Source: a virus
Taxonomy: Duplodnaviria; Caudoviricetes
Virus record (IMG/VR): IMGVR_UViG_3300048880_000040
Coordinates: 1-44,715 of that record
Strand: one strand, 5' to 3'
Length of the DNA stretch: 44,715 bases
Below the pieces are notes generated by a model. The model was not told where the DNA came from. It worked only from the letters and a program-made list of their open reading frames with translations, and made no database searches. The stretch's first letter is position 1. Each line of letters starts with the position of its first letter. The position numbers and the translations under genes were made by a program. This document shows positions 26,800 to 36,135 of this stretch, one piece after another.

Positions 26800-28658
26800 T
26801 ATTTACTTGGTGTAAACCATTTTTTAATTGCATTAATATCTAATTCTTCTTTTTTAGGTCGAAAACCTGGTTTAACCCAACCAGGCTTTTCTCCCCATGT
26901 TTGCATTGCTTTTTCATAACCAGCATCAGTTTGCCAAAAAGGTGATGTTTCATCTACACTCCAATAGTTACCTGTTGATTTCCCTTTGGCATCTTTTGGA
27001 GGAAGTTTAAATCCTGGCATCTTTCCATAATTTGGTTTTACATCTTTAGGGATAGTAGTCTTTTTAGACTTTGATTTAATTCCTTCAAAACCTGCATAAT
27101 CTGATACTACATTATTAGTTGCATTTCCATAAGTACGATCAGGTATCTGATAAAGAGGATTAAGTTTAATTTCATCTGTTTGAGTTCCTGTTCCTGTGAA
27201 GTTTGCATAATCTGATACTGTACTGTTTGCATTAACATCACCATATGTACGATCTGGCATCTGATAAAGTGGTGCAAAAGACTTTCTATTTTTTTCAGAT
27301 AAAGCTTTACTTTGAGCTAATAACTCAGCTTGGCCTTGGTTATATTCTACAATAGGATCAATAGTATCTTGATTCTGAAAAGCATTTTCTGCATCATTAA
27401 TTAGTTTATCGGCTCTTGCCTGATCTCCTGTATAGCTCATTTCAGCTACACCAGCTACTTTACTCATTGCATCTTTAAATTTTTGACCAAAAGTTCTGTT
27501 ATCATCTTTAGTTGAATCTTTTAATATTTTTTCTTCTACCGCTTTAGCTAACATTGCTTGATTTGTATCATCTACTGGAATAGTACTTACATCATTAACA
27601 ACAAGTTCTTGTCCTGCAGCATCTGCTAGCTGACCATTTATCATTTGAACTGCACCGTTGTAAGCTCTTCCATCTGCGTAAGTTAATACTGCACCTTCTG
27701 GTATAGGTGATTGTCCAGTACGAGGTCCGTAAGCAGACATAGTTTGTCCAATAATTTCTTCACGCTTTCTGGCTTCTGCAATAGCAGCTTCCTCTGCAGT
27801 AACAGCTCTATCTTCTACGCCTCTAGCCATATTAGCTTCTCTATCAGCTAAACCCCTTGGATTAAGATATTGTGTTGTAGTAAAAGGGTCATTTATATTT
27901 CCTGCTATAGGTCTTTGAAAATAACTGTCGTCTTTTTCTACGTCTAGTTGGTTAAGGGTGGCTGTTCCCCTCTCTATTTCTGCTTTTTTCGCAGCTGCTT
28001 CTCGTCTTTCTCTCTTATTTTTTATAATCATCTCCATACCTTTGTCACTTAGAGCAGCTATGCCTCCGCCCCATCCAGTCCATTTGGTATCACCACCATC
28101 TGTTCCAGCCTTTATGTGTGGTGTAAATACAGAATTTTCAGTTGTACTACTATCTTGTCCAACAATTGTTTGTTTTGTTGCTATATCTTCAGCCAGTGCA
28201 GCTTCAGCTGCTGCTAATATAGCATCATTAGCTGCAGGACCAGTAGTATAAGCAGGTTGAAAAGCCCTAACTATTTTTGGATCATTATTTTTTAAATCTA
28301 CTTCATTATTTGGTTTTAAAGATATTCCAACATCATCTAGTAAATTATTACTACGAAATATTGCAGCTTCAACAGCTGCTGTTTCACTTTTATGACCTGT
28401 ACTGTTAGGCTCTATATTACCTGCTTTAAGCATATCTAATACACCTTGTACATTGTAAACTCTACCGTTAATTAGACTTGGTACATTTATCCAATTACCA
28501 CTTCCTTCAGGCATTTCTAAAGTCATAGATAATTCAGAATGTAATTCTCCTGTTTTAGTATTTTTATAAACAATTCTACCTTCATTTGTCCTTTTATCCG
28601 TTGCTTCAAGTTTATAATCTTTATTAACGTTTTTTAAATGTAGTTTACTTGCTGCCAT
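26799..28658 (-). CDS. Hypothetical 619-aa protein with an internal repeat
   Basis: TAATG-coupled at both ends. Compact N-terminal domain (HSELSMT...GNWINVPSL), Ala-rich low-complexity body, duplicated PLYQxPDRTYG..VSDYAxFxG. Confidence 0.75.
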   Translation of the reverse strand: MAASKLHLKNVNKDYKLEATDKRTNEGRIVYKNTKTGELHSELSMTLEMPEGSGNWINVPSLINGRVYNVQGVLDMLKAGNIEPNSTGHKSETAAVEAAIFRSNNLLDDVGISLKPNNEVDLKNNDPKIVRAFQPAYTTGPAANDAILAAAEAALAEDIATKQTIVGQDSSTTENSVFTPHIKAGTDGGDTKWTGWGGGIAALSDKGMEMIIKNKRERREAAAKKAEIERGTATLNQLDVEKDDSYFQRPIAGNINDPFTTTQYLNPRGLADREANMARGVEDRAVTAEEAAIAEARKREEIIGQTMSAYGPRTGQSPIPEGAVLTYADGRAYNGAVQMINGQLADAAGQELVVNDVSTIPVDDTNQAMLAKAVEEKILKDSTKDDNRTFGQKFKDAMSKVAGVAEMSYTGDQARADKLINDAENAFQNQDTIDPIVEYNQGQAELLAQSKALSEKNRKSFAPLYQMPDRTYGDVNANSTVSDYANFTGTGTQTDEIKLNPLYQIPDRTYGNATNNVVSDYAGFEGIKSKSKKTTIPKDVKPNYGKMPGFKLPPKDAKGKSTGNYWSVDETSPFWQTDAGYEKAMQTWGEKPGWVKPGFRPKKEELDINAIKKWFTPSK

Positions 28659-29242
28659 TACTTACTCCATTTAGCATTTACTTTACGATGCTTATTCCAA
28701 GCTGCAAATCCACCAAACTTTAATCCATAGTAAGCAAGATAGTTAATTAACCTGAAGCCATTTTGTATAATATTTACATCTCTAAAAATAATATCTAATT
28801 CTTTTTGCGTTTTAGTCCCAATACTCTTCTTTTTACCCTTACAAAGTAAAGTTTGATACTTATACCCATAGTCATGTATTAAACCCCCAACTAAGAGTAC
28901 TCCCATTGGCGATAGCCAGGTATGTAAGAACTTAGGTACTGATGCTCCATCAAATATAAATCCTGTTGGTATTACTAACTCTACACCATTAATCTTATAA
29001 TGATAGTCTTTAACAATGACCCATTTACGTGATACAAGTAACCAAACCTTAAGTCCACCCCAGAATCCTTTACCTTTAGTAGGTATAGGGACAGGTTTCA
29101 TATGAGGCATACTTATAGCTTTAAACTTCATATTTGGTTTAACCTCTTTATCTAAAATTTTCCAAATAGCTCCAATTATAATCAAAATGATTACTAAACT
29201 AAACTGCCAAAACTGTATTGCATAAGTTGTTATCATTTCCAT
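28658..29242 (-). CDS. DUF1353-family protein with N-terminal TM anchor
   Basis: IPTGFIFDGASVPKFL and LIHDYGY motifs, AYYGLKFGG. N-terminal hydrophobic helix. Confidence 0.85.
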   Translation of the reverse strand: MEMITTYAIQFWQFSLVIILIIIGAIWKILDKEVKPNMKFKAISMPHMKPVPIPTKGKGFWGGLKVWLLVSRKWVIVKDYHYKINGVELVIPTGFIFDGASVPKFLHTWLSPMGVLLVGGLIHDYGYKYQTLLCKGKKKSIGTKTQKELDIIFRDVNIIQNGFRLINYLAYYGLKFGGFAAWNKHRKVNAKWSK

Positions 29243-29243
29243 A

Positions 29244-29675
29244 TTACTTCCCCTTTGCTAATTGTGCACCAAAATAAAACTCTATAATCATACTTGCCCA
29301 AGAAAATATTTCATCATACTTAACTAACCCATTTACTACCTGGTACTCAATTACATCTTGTGTAAAGTTAAGACCTAAAAGACTAAACCCTTTATGTACT
29401 ATTGGTATAGCTGTTGGTATATTAAGCCATACTGGAGCTACTTGTGTAAATATTATTAATCCCAGTATAACTAGAATAATAACTCTACGATTCCATGCAG
29501 CCATAGGACTTTCTTTGTCAGCTCTATCTCTAGCTTTGTCAAGGACAACCTCTCGTGCTTGCATTGACTCTAACATTAACCTCTGATTATCTGAAGCTGC
29601 TTGACTCTTTAAAGCAAGTAACTTACCCAGAAATCCTAAGAGAATTGGTGCTATATTTGCTAAAAATCCAATCAT
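29244..29675 (-). CDS. Holin-like membrane protein
   Basis: N-terminal hydrophobic segment, WNRR followed by a TM, C-terminal IIEFYFG. This pattern resembles GTA-type 3TM holins. Lies at the N4 lysis-cassette position. Confidence 0.6.
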   Translation of the reverse strand: MIGFLANIAPILLGFLGKLLALKSQAASDNQRLMLESMQAREVVLDKARDRADKESPMAAWNRRVIILVILGLIIFTQVAPVWLNIPTAIPIVHKGFSLLGLNFTQDVIEYQVVNGLVKYDEIFSWASMIIEFYFGAQLAKGK

Positions 29676-29682
29676 AGTAGTT

Positions 29683-29790
29683 TTAACCTACCCAATCTTG
29701 CACTTTCCAAATAATACGGTTAAACATATATTTAACTTTATTCATTAAAGTATTTTTTATATATTTACCCATTTTATCTTTTGGTTGCAT
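29683..29790 (-). CDS. 35-aa basic/amphipathic peptide
   Basis: Hand translation MQPKDKMGKYIKNTLMNKVKYMFNRIIWKVQDWVG*. TAATG coupling with GGAGG upstream. Fills the gap between neighbours. Confidence 0.5.
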   Translation of the reverse strand: MQPKDKMGKYIKNTLMNKVKYMFNRIIWKVQDWVG

Positions 29791-30008
29791 TAATCCCTCC
29801 CATCACTGATTGCTAAACTAATTAATTGATCAAGTTTTTCATCAATCTGATCGAATTTCTTTTCAGAGGCTTCTTGTTGCGATTGTAATACAGCAACGTC
29901 AGCTTCAATAGCAGTTACATATAAAATCATAATTACAATTAAACCTACTGTAGAAATAATAGATGGTATTGATATTGTTTTATTAAATTTCCAACTTTCT
30001 ACTTCCAT
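29790..30008 (-). CDS. Small TM plus coiled-coil protein (possible lysis accessory)
   Basis: One TM then a heptad pattern (FDQIDEKLDQLI). GGAG RBS. Confidence 0.65.
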   Translation of the reverse strand: MEVESWKFNKTISIPSIISTVGLIVIMILYVTAIEADVAVLQSQQEASEKKFDQIDEKLDQLISLAISDGRD

Positions 30009-30026
30009 TTGTTACTCCTATAATTC

Positions 30027-30329
30027 TTATGCGTCTACCATCTCTTGATAAGCTGTCTTAACTTCAGCAGTCCAAGTTGCTGTGGCTATTGCCTGTACTC
30101 TAGCATCTTCACCACTTATATCTGTATCACCCCAAGTTGCTGGAGTAGTAATATTACCATCGCCATCTAATACTTGCCCACCTTTAATACTTGGTGCTAA
30201 AACGTGTCTACTAAATGCTGAACTAAGTGCTACACCATCTTCTAATACTCTTGTTGCTGTGCGTACTTGCACTTGCCCCATCTCTAATACTTCTATCTTG
30301 TCTACTACTGTTTCTTTTGTTAATGCCAT
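30027..30329 (-). CDS. Small tail-fibre-associated protein (putative chaperone/cap)
   Basis: DKIEVL..GQVQVR.AT, RHVLAP, DARVQAIA..TWT. Follows the DDYEEGTWTP fibre gene. Confidence 0.65.
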   Translation of the reverse strand: MALTKETVVDKIEVLEMGQVQVRTATRVLEDGVALSSAFSRHVLAPSIKGGQVLDGDGNITTPATWGDTDISGEDARVQAIATATWTAEVKTAYQEMVDA

Positions 30330-30378
30330 TGCATTCTCCTGTTGTTAAATGTCCATTCTAAGATTCCACTTAGAATAA

Positions 30379-31233
30379 TTAAGTAAAATAAGTTAATCCA
30401 ATCATAAAGTAACCATTGAGTGTTGCTCGTTCTTCAGTAGAACTGCTGCCATCTCTACTCCATTGTAGTGTTGCTTTTGCTTGCCCTTGGTCAGCAAAAA
30501 TTACTGGAGATACTCCATCATTAGGTGTATCAACATCATATGTTCTATAAGTACCAGCAGCATACATTCCATCGCCAGAAGCAACAGTGAAAGGTAAACT
30601 TATATTATAAGAACCATCTGGACTACTAGCAGAAGTAATCCGGTATTGTCCACTTATAGTTACCACTCTTCCAACCTTTGTATATGCCAATGTGTTAGTC
30701 GTAGCAGCAGTACCACTTCCCATATATATAGTGGGAGTCCAAGTTCCCTCCTCATAGTCATCCAGAGCATTGGCTGCTGCTGTGTCTGTATTAAATTTAA
30801 GTCCATCTGAGTCTATTCTGGCTCGTACTGTATCTGCTGTATAAAATTTAAAAGCATTATCTGAATGATTGTATTGGAAGTGTCCACCATACGAAGAATC
30901 ACCATCTGCAAAAGCTAGTGTTCCAGTTGCGTTATTTTCACTTGCAAGAGTTATTCCGTGTGTTCCTGATACACTACCTACACATAAATCATTAAAACCA
31001 TTTTCAAAAGTTGTAGTATTTCCAATTCGTACCTTCTCACTACTATCAATCGTTATAGCAGTAGCATTAGCATTATCATCTATACCTACTGAAGTTAAAG
31101 TGCCACTTAAAACTAAGTTACCATCTTGGTCAATACTAGCTTTCTCTACTCCGTTTGATTGGAACTTAATATCGTTATTAGCACCATCAGCATTAAGCGT
31201 TAGGTTTTCTGCGGATGATTTTATTGTACTCAT
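30379..31233 (-). CDS. Tail fibre/receptor-binding module
   Basis: AANALDDYEEGTWTP, YTKVGRVVTI, ISLPFT motifs typical of phage fibre tips. Confidence 0.85.
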   Translation of the reverse strand: MSTIKSSAENLTLNADGANNDIKFQSNGVEKASIDQDGNLVLSGTLTSVGIDDNANATAITIDSSEKVRIGNTTTFENGFNDLCVGSVSGTHGITLASENNATGTLAFADGDSSYGGHFQYNHSDNAFKFYTADTVRARIDSDGLKFNTDTAAANALDDYEEGTWTPTIYMGSGTAATTNTLAYTKVGRVVTISGQYRITSASSPDGSYNISLPFTVASGDGMYAAGTYRTYDVDTPNDGVSPVIFADQGQAKATLQWSRDGSSSTEERATLNGYFMIGLTYFT

Positions 31234-32282
31234 TATGCCTCCAATGCTGTTATACGAGCTTCAAGCTCTTGAATTGTTTTGACCAGTAAAGGTACAAGTT
31301 TTGCTTGGTCTATGCCTTGATAATAAGGTACAGAGCGTGTACCCATTACTGCTGGGGTTACTACAATTTCACCATCCATAACTGCTGGTGTTACCTCGTA
31401 CTCTTCATCACGCATTTCATCTTTAGTACCTGTCACAGCCTCTGGTACAACTTCTTGTACTTCGTGTGCAATAAAACCATCTATTACTGTAGTATCATCT
31501 GCTATGAAATTAAACCTAGCTGGTTTAAGTTGCTTGATTTTTGTAGTGGCATCCCAATCATAATTTACATTTTCTTTAAGTCTGTAATCTGACGAAGTTG
31601 CAAAAACTGTTGCTGAACCATTTGTACTAACCGAGCCTACTAAACCATTAGAGTTAACAAACCACATCCTCTGATTGCTTCCAGTTGTAGATGAGGACAT
31701 ACGACATAGCACACCATTATTTGAGCCAGTTTGAAAATCTGTTTTTCCTCCTCCATCACCATTCCATTTCGACCCCATAGATATATCTGTTGTACTAGCA
31801 CCCCCACCACCATTTGGTTTTATTACTATACCATCAACCCAAGTAATATCTGCATCTGCACTTCCTGAAACTCCTACTTTCAAATAATGGTAACCAGCTC
31901 TCATTTCGTGTCTAGCTGCTTCAGAAGTTTCTCTATATTTCCAAGTGTCAGAAGAGGCAGTTCCTATATAAGCATTTTCAACTAAATTGCAAGATTCATA
32001 AGCACCACTATTAATTAACGCTGAATAAGGACCTACAAATAAAGCCTGAGAGTTTGAACCTTGACTAGATTCACCTACAGAAGCTCCTATACCTACATTC
32101 TCATTTGAATCAATAGTAATTGCATTAGCATTACCATTGTCTGTTATGCTTGATACTTTAGCATCTAATTCTGCTTGAGTTGCTACATCTGCTGCGACTG
32201 TTCCACTATCAACTATTGAATCAGGGAGTCCACCGACTGATATGCCAGTTACTGTTCCACTTCCGTTAATTACTATTGCCAT
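31233..32282 (-). CDS. Tail fibre with C-terminal intramolecular chaperone (peptidase S74)
   Basis: TSSDYRLKENV, LKPARFNF, GFIAHEVQEVVPEAV, IDQAKLVPLLVKTIQELEARI. Confidence 0.93.
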   Translation of the reverse strand: MAIVINGSGTVTGISVGGLPDSIVDSGTVAADVATQAELDAKVSSITDNGNANAITIDSNENVGIGASVGESSQGSNSQALFVGPYSALINSGAYESCNLVENAYIGTASSDTWKYRETSEAARHEMRAGYHYLKVGVSGSADADITWVDGIVIKPNGGGGASTTDISMGSKWNGDGGGKTDFQTGSNNGVLCRMSSSTTGSNQRMWFVNSNGLVGSVSTNGSATVFATSSDYRLKENVNYDWDATTKIKQLKPARFNFIADDTTVIDGFIAHEVQEVVPEAVTGTKDEMRDEEYEVTPAVMDGEIVVTPAVMGTRSVPYYQGIDQAKLVPLLVKTIQELEARITALEA

Positions 32283-32506
32283 TAGACTGATGCTCCTTTA
32301 AGTTGGTCAAGGGTAGTCATACTATCCACTTGATTGGTTATATCTCGTAGCCTCTGCTTCTCTGTAACGATTGCCGATGTATCTGCACTAGACTCTAATG
32401 CTCTTTGAAAAGCAATATCCTGTGCTTCAAGTAAAGGCTTCCTGTCTACTCTAAGTCTGTCTTTAGTAATGACTTTAGCTTTATCCATATTAACTTGCAT
32501 TGGCAT
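32282..32506 (-). CDS. Putative tail fibre assembly chaperone
   Basis: R..RKPLLEAQD...KQRLRDIT helical pattern of fibre assembly chaperones. Confidence 0.65.
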   Translation of the reverse strand: MPMQVNMDKAKVITKDRLRVDRKPLLEAQDIAFQRALESSADTSAIVTEKQRLRDITNQVDSMTTLDQLKGASV

Positions 32507-32793
32507 TATTTATTCTCCGTCATATTATATTTAGTTAAGTCCTCTGCACTCAAGTCTGCTGAAGTCTTTTCACTAGCACCAGCTACATATTCCCAAGCGT
32601 TTCTAAAACTTCTATCAGAGGTATCCTCGTCTGTAATCTCGTACTTAGTTCCTGTGGATAAATCTTTGTTAGCTATGTGAATTAGTTTTTCTTCTTCTGT
32701 TCCTTCAAGTGTTGCTAAGAAATTAGGAGTTGGCATTAGTTGTGCTAATGTTGCTTCTCCATCGTCATTTGTTGAGGGGTATATTATGTGCAT
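32506..32793 (-). CDS. Small tail-fibre-associated protein
   Basis: IANKDL...DRSFRNAWEY. Coupled downstream of a fibre gene. Confidence 0.6.
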   Translation of the reverse strand: MHIIYPSTNDDGEATLAQLMPTPNFLATLEGTEEEKLIHIANKDLSTGTKYEITDEDTSDRSFRNAWEYVAGASEKTSADLSAEDLTKYNMTENK

Positions 32794-32798
32794 ATTCT

Positions 32799-33740
32799 TT
32801 AACCTCCAAAAGCTAAATAATTTAAATCGTGTCCATCTTGGGCAGTATCAGTTCCTGAATTTGTAAGTAAAACTCTACTACTTCCTAGACCCGGCTGACC
32901 AGCTTGAATGTGTGCAATAACTAAAGCTGAATTATGGTTTGCATCATTAGTATGAGAAACTTCAAAATAGTTATTATTTGCCATATTATTTGAAAAGTTA
33001 ACAGTAAAATCTCCAGTTCCGTTATCAGTAATACTACTGACATTATGAGAATCTCTTGCTGCTGGAGTTCCCGAAGTATTAACCCTACACCAAACCTTCG
33101 CAGTAAAATCCGACAAGCCTCTGCCATCTGAGGTTATGCGTAGTCTTTCTGCTACATCACCATATTCGGGTTTATTAGTAAATACTATATCGCCACCCGA
33201 ATCATCACCAGCATTACTATCACTTGTTACAGTTCGACAAGTAATACTAGCTATATTTTTTCTTTGGTATTCGCTTGAACCATTATCGTGATTAATAAAA
33301 GATATACCACCAACAGCTTTAGCAGTAGCAGTTTGGCTACTTGCTAATTCTAAAATTCCACATTGGTCTGCATCATCATCTCGTATTGTTAAATAAGTAC
33401 CACCAATAGTATTATTAGTACCATCAGAGTAAATTCCACTTATTTTAGGAGTTGAAGTTCCAATGCCTACTGCATCATTCCCACCATCAACAAATAGTGC
33501 GTGTGTTAAATTATTAGACTCTACTCTGAAGTCTACATCTGCACCACTTTCATTAATTGTTACTGCAGCATCAGGGTTAAAACTAGAGAGTCCAGTTAAG
33601 CTAGAACCATCACCATCACTATTCAGTAGTGTGCCTGTAGCATCAGGTAGTGTTATCGTTCTATCCGTACTCGTATTCGGAGCAGTAACTGTCAGAACTC
33701 CTGTTCCTGAAGCGTGTCCTTGAATTTTTACTTTAGCCAT
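32799..33740 (-). CDS. Tail fibre/receptor-binding module
   Basis: N-terminal TAPNTSTDRTITLPDATGT, INESGADVDFRVES, ERLRITSDG, and C-terminal AKVW...SHNVSSITDNGTGDFTVNF tip domain. Confidence 0.85.
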   Translation of the reverse strand: MAKVKIQGHASGTGVLTVTAPNTSTDRTITLPDATGTLLNSDGDGSSLTGLSSFNPDAAVTINESGADVDFRVESNNLTHALFVDGGNDAVGIGTSTPKISGIYSDGTNNTIGGTYLTIRDDDADQCGILELASSQTATAKAVGGISFINHDNGSSEYQRKNIASITCRTVTSDSNAGDDSGGDIVFTNKPEYGDVAERLRITSDGRGLSDFTAKVWCRVNTSGTPAARDSHNVSSITDNGTGDFTVNFSNNMANNNYFEVSHTNDANHNSALVIAHIQAGQPGLGSSRVLLTNSGTDTAQDGHDLNYLAFGG

Positions 33741-33749
33741 TTATAACTC

Positions 33750-34517
33750 CTATGCGATTACCCAGGTGCTACCTGACGGTATTGTAACACTGATTGATGA
33801 ATTAATTGTTATTGGCCCTGCACTAATAGCATTATTATTCGTGGTGATCGTGTAATTAGCACTAATAGTATTAGCCATTTCATACAGTCCCTTAGTTGTA
33901 GTATTAGCATCTGTAGCTATAGCCGTCCAAGAGTTATCACCCCGAAGGAAGGTCGAACTGCTCGCTGTGCCTGTAGCACTTAACTCTGCTACACCAACCG
34001 CATCATCGGCTAAATGTTCATTATCAATACTTCCTGCTGCATAATGTATGCTATCAATAGCATCATTAGCTATACGAGCAATAGGTAATGTGCCTGACGT
34101 TAAGTCACTAGCACTTGTTGAGCCTGCAGTTTGCCAAGAGTTATCCCCTCTAAGAAATACAGAATTGCTTGCTGTACCTGTAGCTGATAACTGTGCAACT
34201 CCTACTACACCATCAGAAGGTGTGCCTATATCTACATTTTGTCCTTGGTATACTGCCCAAAAAGTATCTCCACTCGCTGGGGGAGAACTGAATACTACAT
34301 TTGAACCTGATACCTTAAATCCGTTTGTGCCAGTATCATCTGGCTGTTGTAAAACTCCATTAATAGCAACTAATAATTGTCCTGATTTGGCTGGAGTTAT
34401 GGTAATACCTCCTGAAGCTAAAGCAAAGGATGTTGATGATGCATTAAAGCTACCAGCTATAGTATCTACTATCTGATAGTTACCTACGTTAGCTGGACTA
34501 TTACCTATATATGCCAT
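33750..34517 (-). CDS. Tail fibre adaptor/branching protein
   Basis: Likely start ATG 34517 (MAYIGNSP, TAATG-coupled) rather than 34535. LLVAINGVLQQP domain, two LSATGTAS..FLRGDNSW repeats, C-terminal SAGPITI...W. Confidence 0.8.
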   Translation of the reverse strand: MAYIGNSPANVGNYQIVDTIAGSFNASSTSFALASGGITITPAKSGQLLVAINGVLQQPDDTGTNGFKVSGSNVVFSSPPASGDTFWAVYQGQNVDIGTPSDGVVGVAQLSATGTASNSVFLRGDNSWQTAGSTSASDLTSGTLPIARIANDAIDSIHYAAGSIDNEHLADDAVGVAELSATGTASSSTFLRGDNSWTAIATDANTTTKGLYEMANTISANYTITTNNNAISAGPITINSSISVTIPSGSTWVIA

Positions 34518-34837
34518 TATTCTACCTCCACCCAATTAGTTGTTGCTTCATTCCACTTATATTCTTTACCATCATCAGGGTAAGCTACTGGAGCTGTCCA
34601 CTGACAAGTGGCTTCTACTAATGTCCAAGAAGCATAAGGTTTAACGGGAATAAAAGCATCACGAGTTTTATCGTATGTCATACCTACACCAGCGTAGTTC
34701 TTTCTGAAGTTATCGTTGTATGATGTCTGTACCCATAGAAACTCATCACCTACTAAGCCAGAATTAATAAAGTCTTTCTCTGCAACAATCACTTCAGTAA
34801 CTGTATTATTATTATTTAGTTTTGCAAAATGTGCCAT
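34517..34837 (-). CDS. Small partner of the glycine-rich fibre
   Basis: MAHFAKL, WVQTSYN..FRKNYAG.G.TYD..RDAFIP. I recognise this family as typically following Gly-rich fibre genes. Confidence 0.7.
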   Translation of the reverse strand: MAHFAKLNNNNTVTEVIVAEKDFINSGLVGDEFLWVQTSYNDNFRKNYAGVGMTYDKTRDAFIPVKPYASWTLVEATCQWTAPVAYPDDGKEYKWNEATTNWVEVE

Positions 34838-34846
34838 ATTATCTCC

Positions 34847-36070
34847 TTATGGAATGTAACGGATGATTACAATACCTGATCCACCATCACCACCATCAGT
34901 ACCAGTTGAATCGCCACCACCACCACCACCACCAGTATTGACTGTTCCATCCGTATCTGTAGTTCCGCCTCCGCCTACACTGCCAGTGTTAGTTACACCA
35001 TTACCACCACCACCACCACCAGCGTAATATGTGGCTGTTCCATTTATTGAGGATTGTAGACCAATTCCGCCAACTGTTCCGTAACCATCACCATTGCCAC
35101 CATCTGTACCAACTGCTCCAGCTCCACCACCACCAGCACCATAGTGAGTAGCTCCACCACCACCACCTGCATAACCTTGCCCAGATGTTCCAGCACCACC
35201 AGTGCTAGGGCCTTGATAATTACTACCTCCACCACTACCTCCAGCACCACCACTGGACGTACAATGTCTACTTGCTCCACCACCACCGCCTGTTGATGTT
35301 ATGGAAGAAAATACAGAATTGGCACCTGAACTACCAGTACTACTCTGACTTGTAGAACCTGCACCACCTGCTCCAACTGTTATACTATAGGCTTGACCTG
35401 ACACGGAAAATCCAGTTGCGGTTCTATAACCTCCAGCTCCACCCCCACATCCATACCAGCCTTCTCCACCGCCACCGCCACCAGCTACAACTAAATATTC
35501 AACAGTACCAGCTTTATTTGGTGTGAATGTACCTGATGAAGTAAAGGTGTGGATCTTATATGAACCTGATGTTGTAATAGTACCGCCTGTTGCATTAAAA
35601 GGTGCAAAACCACCAGAACCTTCACCTATATTAACCCATATATTTTCATTACTAGTTACATCAGTACAAACATAAGTTTCACCTGATGTTTTATTAATCC
35701 ATAAATGTCCTGTTGCTGAAGGATTAGTTGTAAGTGCTGGATCAGATGCAGACACCGTAGCATCTGTTAAAGCAGCTACAGTTGATACTCCAGCAGTTGC
35801 CCAAGTATTATCTCCTCTAAGGAATACAGCATTATTAGCTGTACCACTTCCTAATCTCGCTGTTGGAACAGTACCTGATCCTAAGTTAGCTGCACTAAGT
35901 CTACCTGAAGCTATTGTTCCTGTTAATTTAGTAGCAGCAACATCATTTATATGGGCACTGTCAATTCCTGCATCTACAAAGTGTTCACTATTAATAGAAT
36001 CATCAGCAATTTTTGTAGCATCGATTGCATCATCTGCGATGCCTGGTCTTGTTATTTTAGTTAATGCCAC
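34847..36070 (-). CDS. Glycine-rich tail fibre/adhesin
   Basis: GTG start. ATGGTIT..YKIHTFTSSGTF, EYLVVAGGGGGG ... GGSGIVIIRY Gly-rich domain. Confidence 0.88.
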   Translation of the reverse strand: MALTKITRPGIADDAIDATKIADDSINSEHFVDAGIDSAHINDVAATKLTGTIASGRLSAANLGSGTVPTARLGSGTANNAVFLRGDNTWATAGVSTVAALTDATVSASDPALTTNPSATGHLWINKTSGETYVCTDVTSNENIWVNIGEGSGGFAPFNATGGTITTSGSYKIHTFTSSGTFTPNKAGTVEYLVVAGGGGGGEGWYGCGGGAGGYRTATGFSVSGQAYSITVGAGGAGSTSQSSTGSSGANSVFSSITSTGGGGGASRHCTSSGGAGGSGGGSNYQGPSTGGAGTSGQGYAGGGGGATHYGAGGGGAGAVGTDGGNGDGYGTVGGIGLQSSINGTATYYAGGGGGGNGVTNTGSVGGGGTTDTDGTVNTGGGGGGGDSTGTDGGDGGSGIVIIRYIP

Positions 36071-36073
36071 TAT

Positions 36074-36135
36074 TTATCTCCTGTAATTTCCTGCACTTGA
36101 TTTTATTGTACTCATCCCGCTATCTCCTTTGTCAT
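36074..36135 (-). pseudogene. Two coupled minigene remnants (MTKEIAG* and MSTIKSSAGNYRR*)
   Basis: 36112-36135 ends in EIAG* like the 37047 gene. 36074-36115 shares its first 18 nt (ATGAGTACAATAAAATCA) with the gene starting at 31233. Confidence 0.6.

Noticed and set aside
34847-35500. CCA/CCACCA tandem tracts as regulatory repeats or a CRISPR array
   Set aside because: They are Gly codons of the glycine-rich domain. I saw no repeat-spacer array or tRNA anywhere, and intergenic gaps are short.
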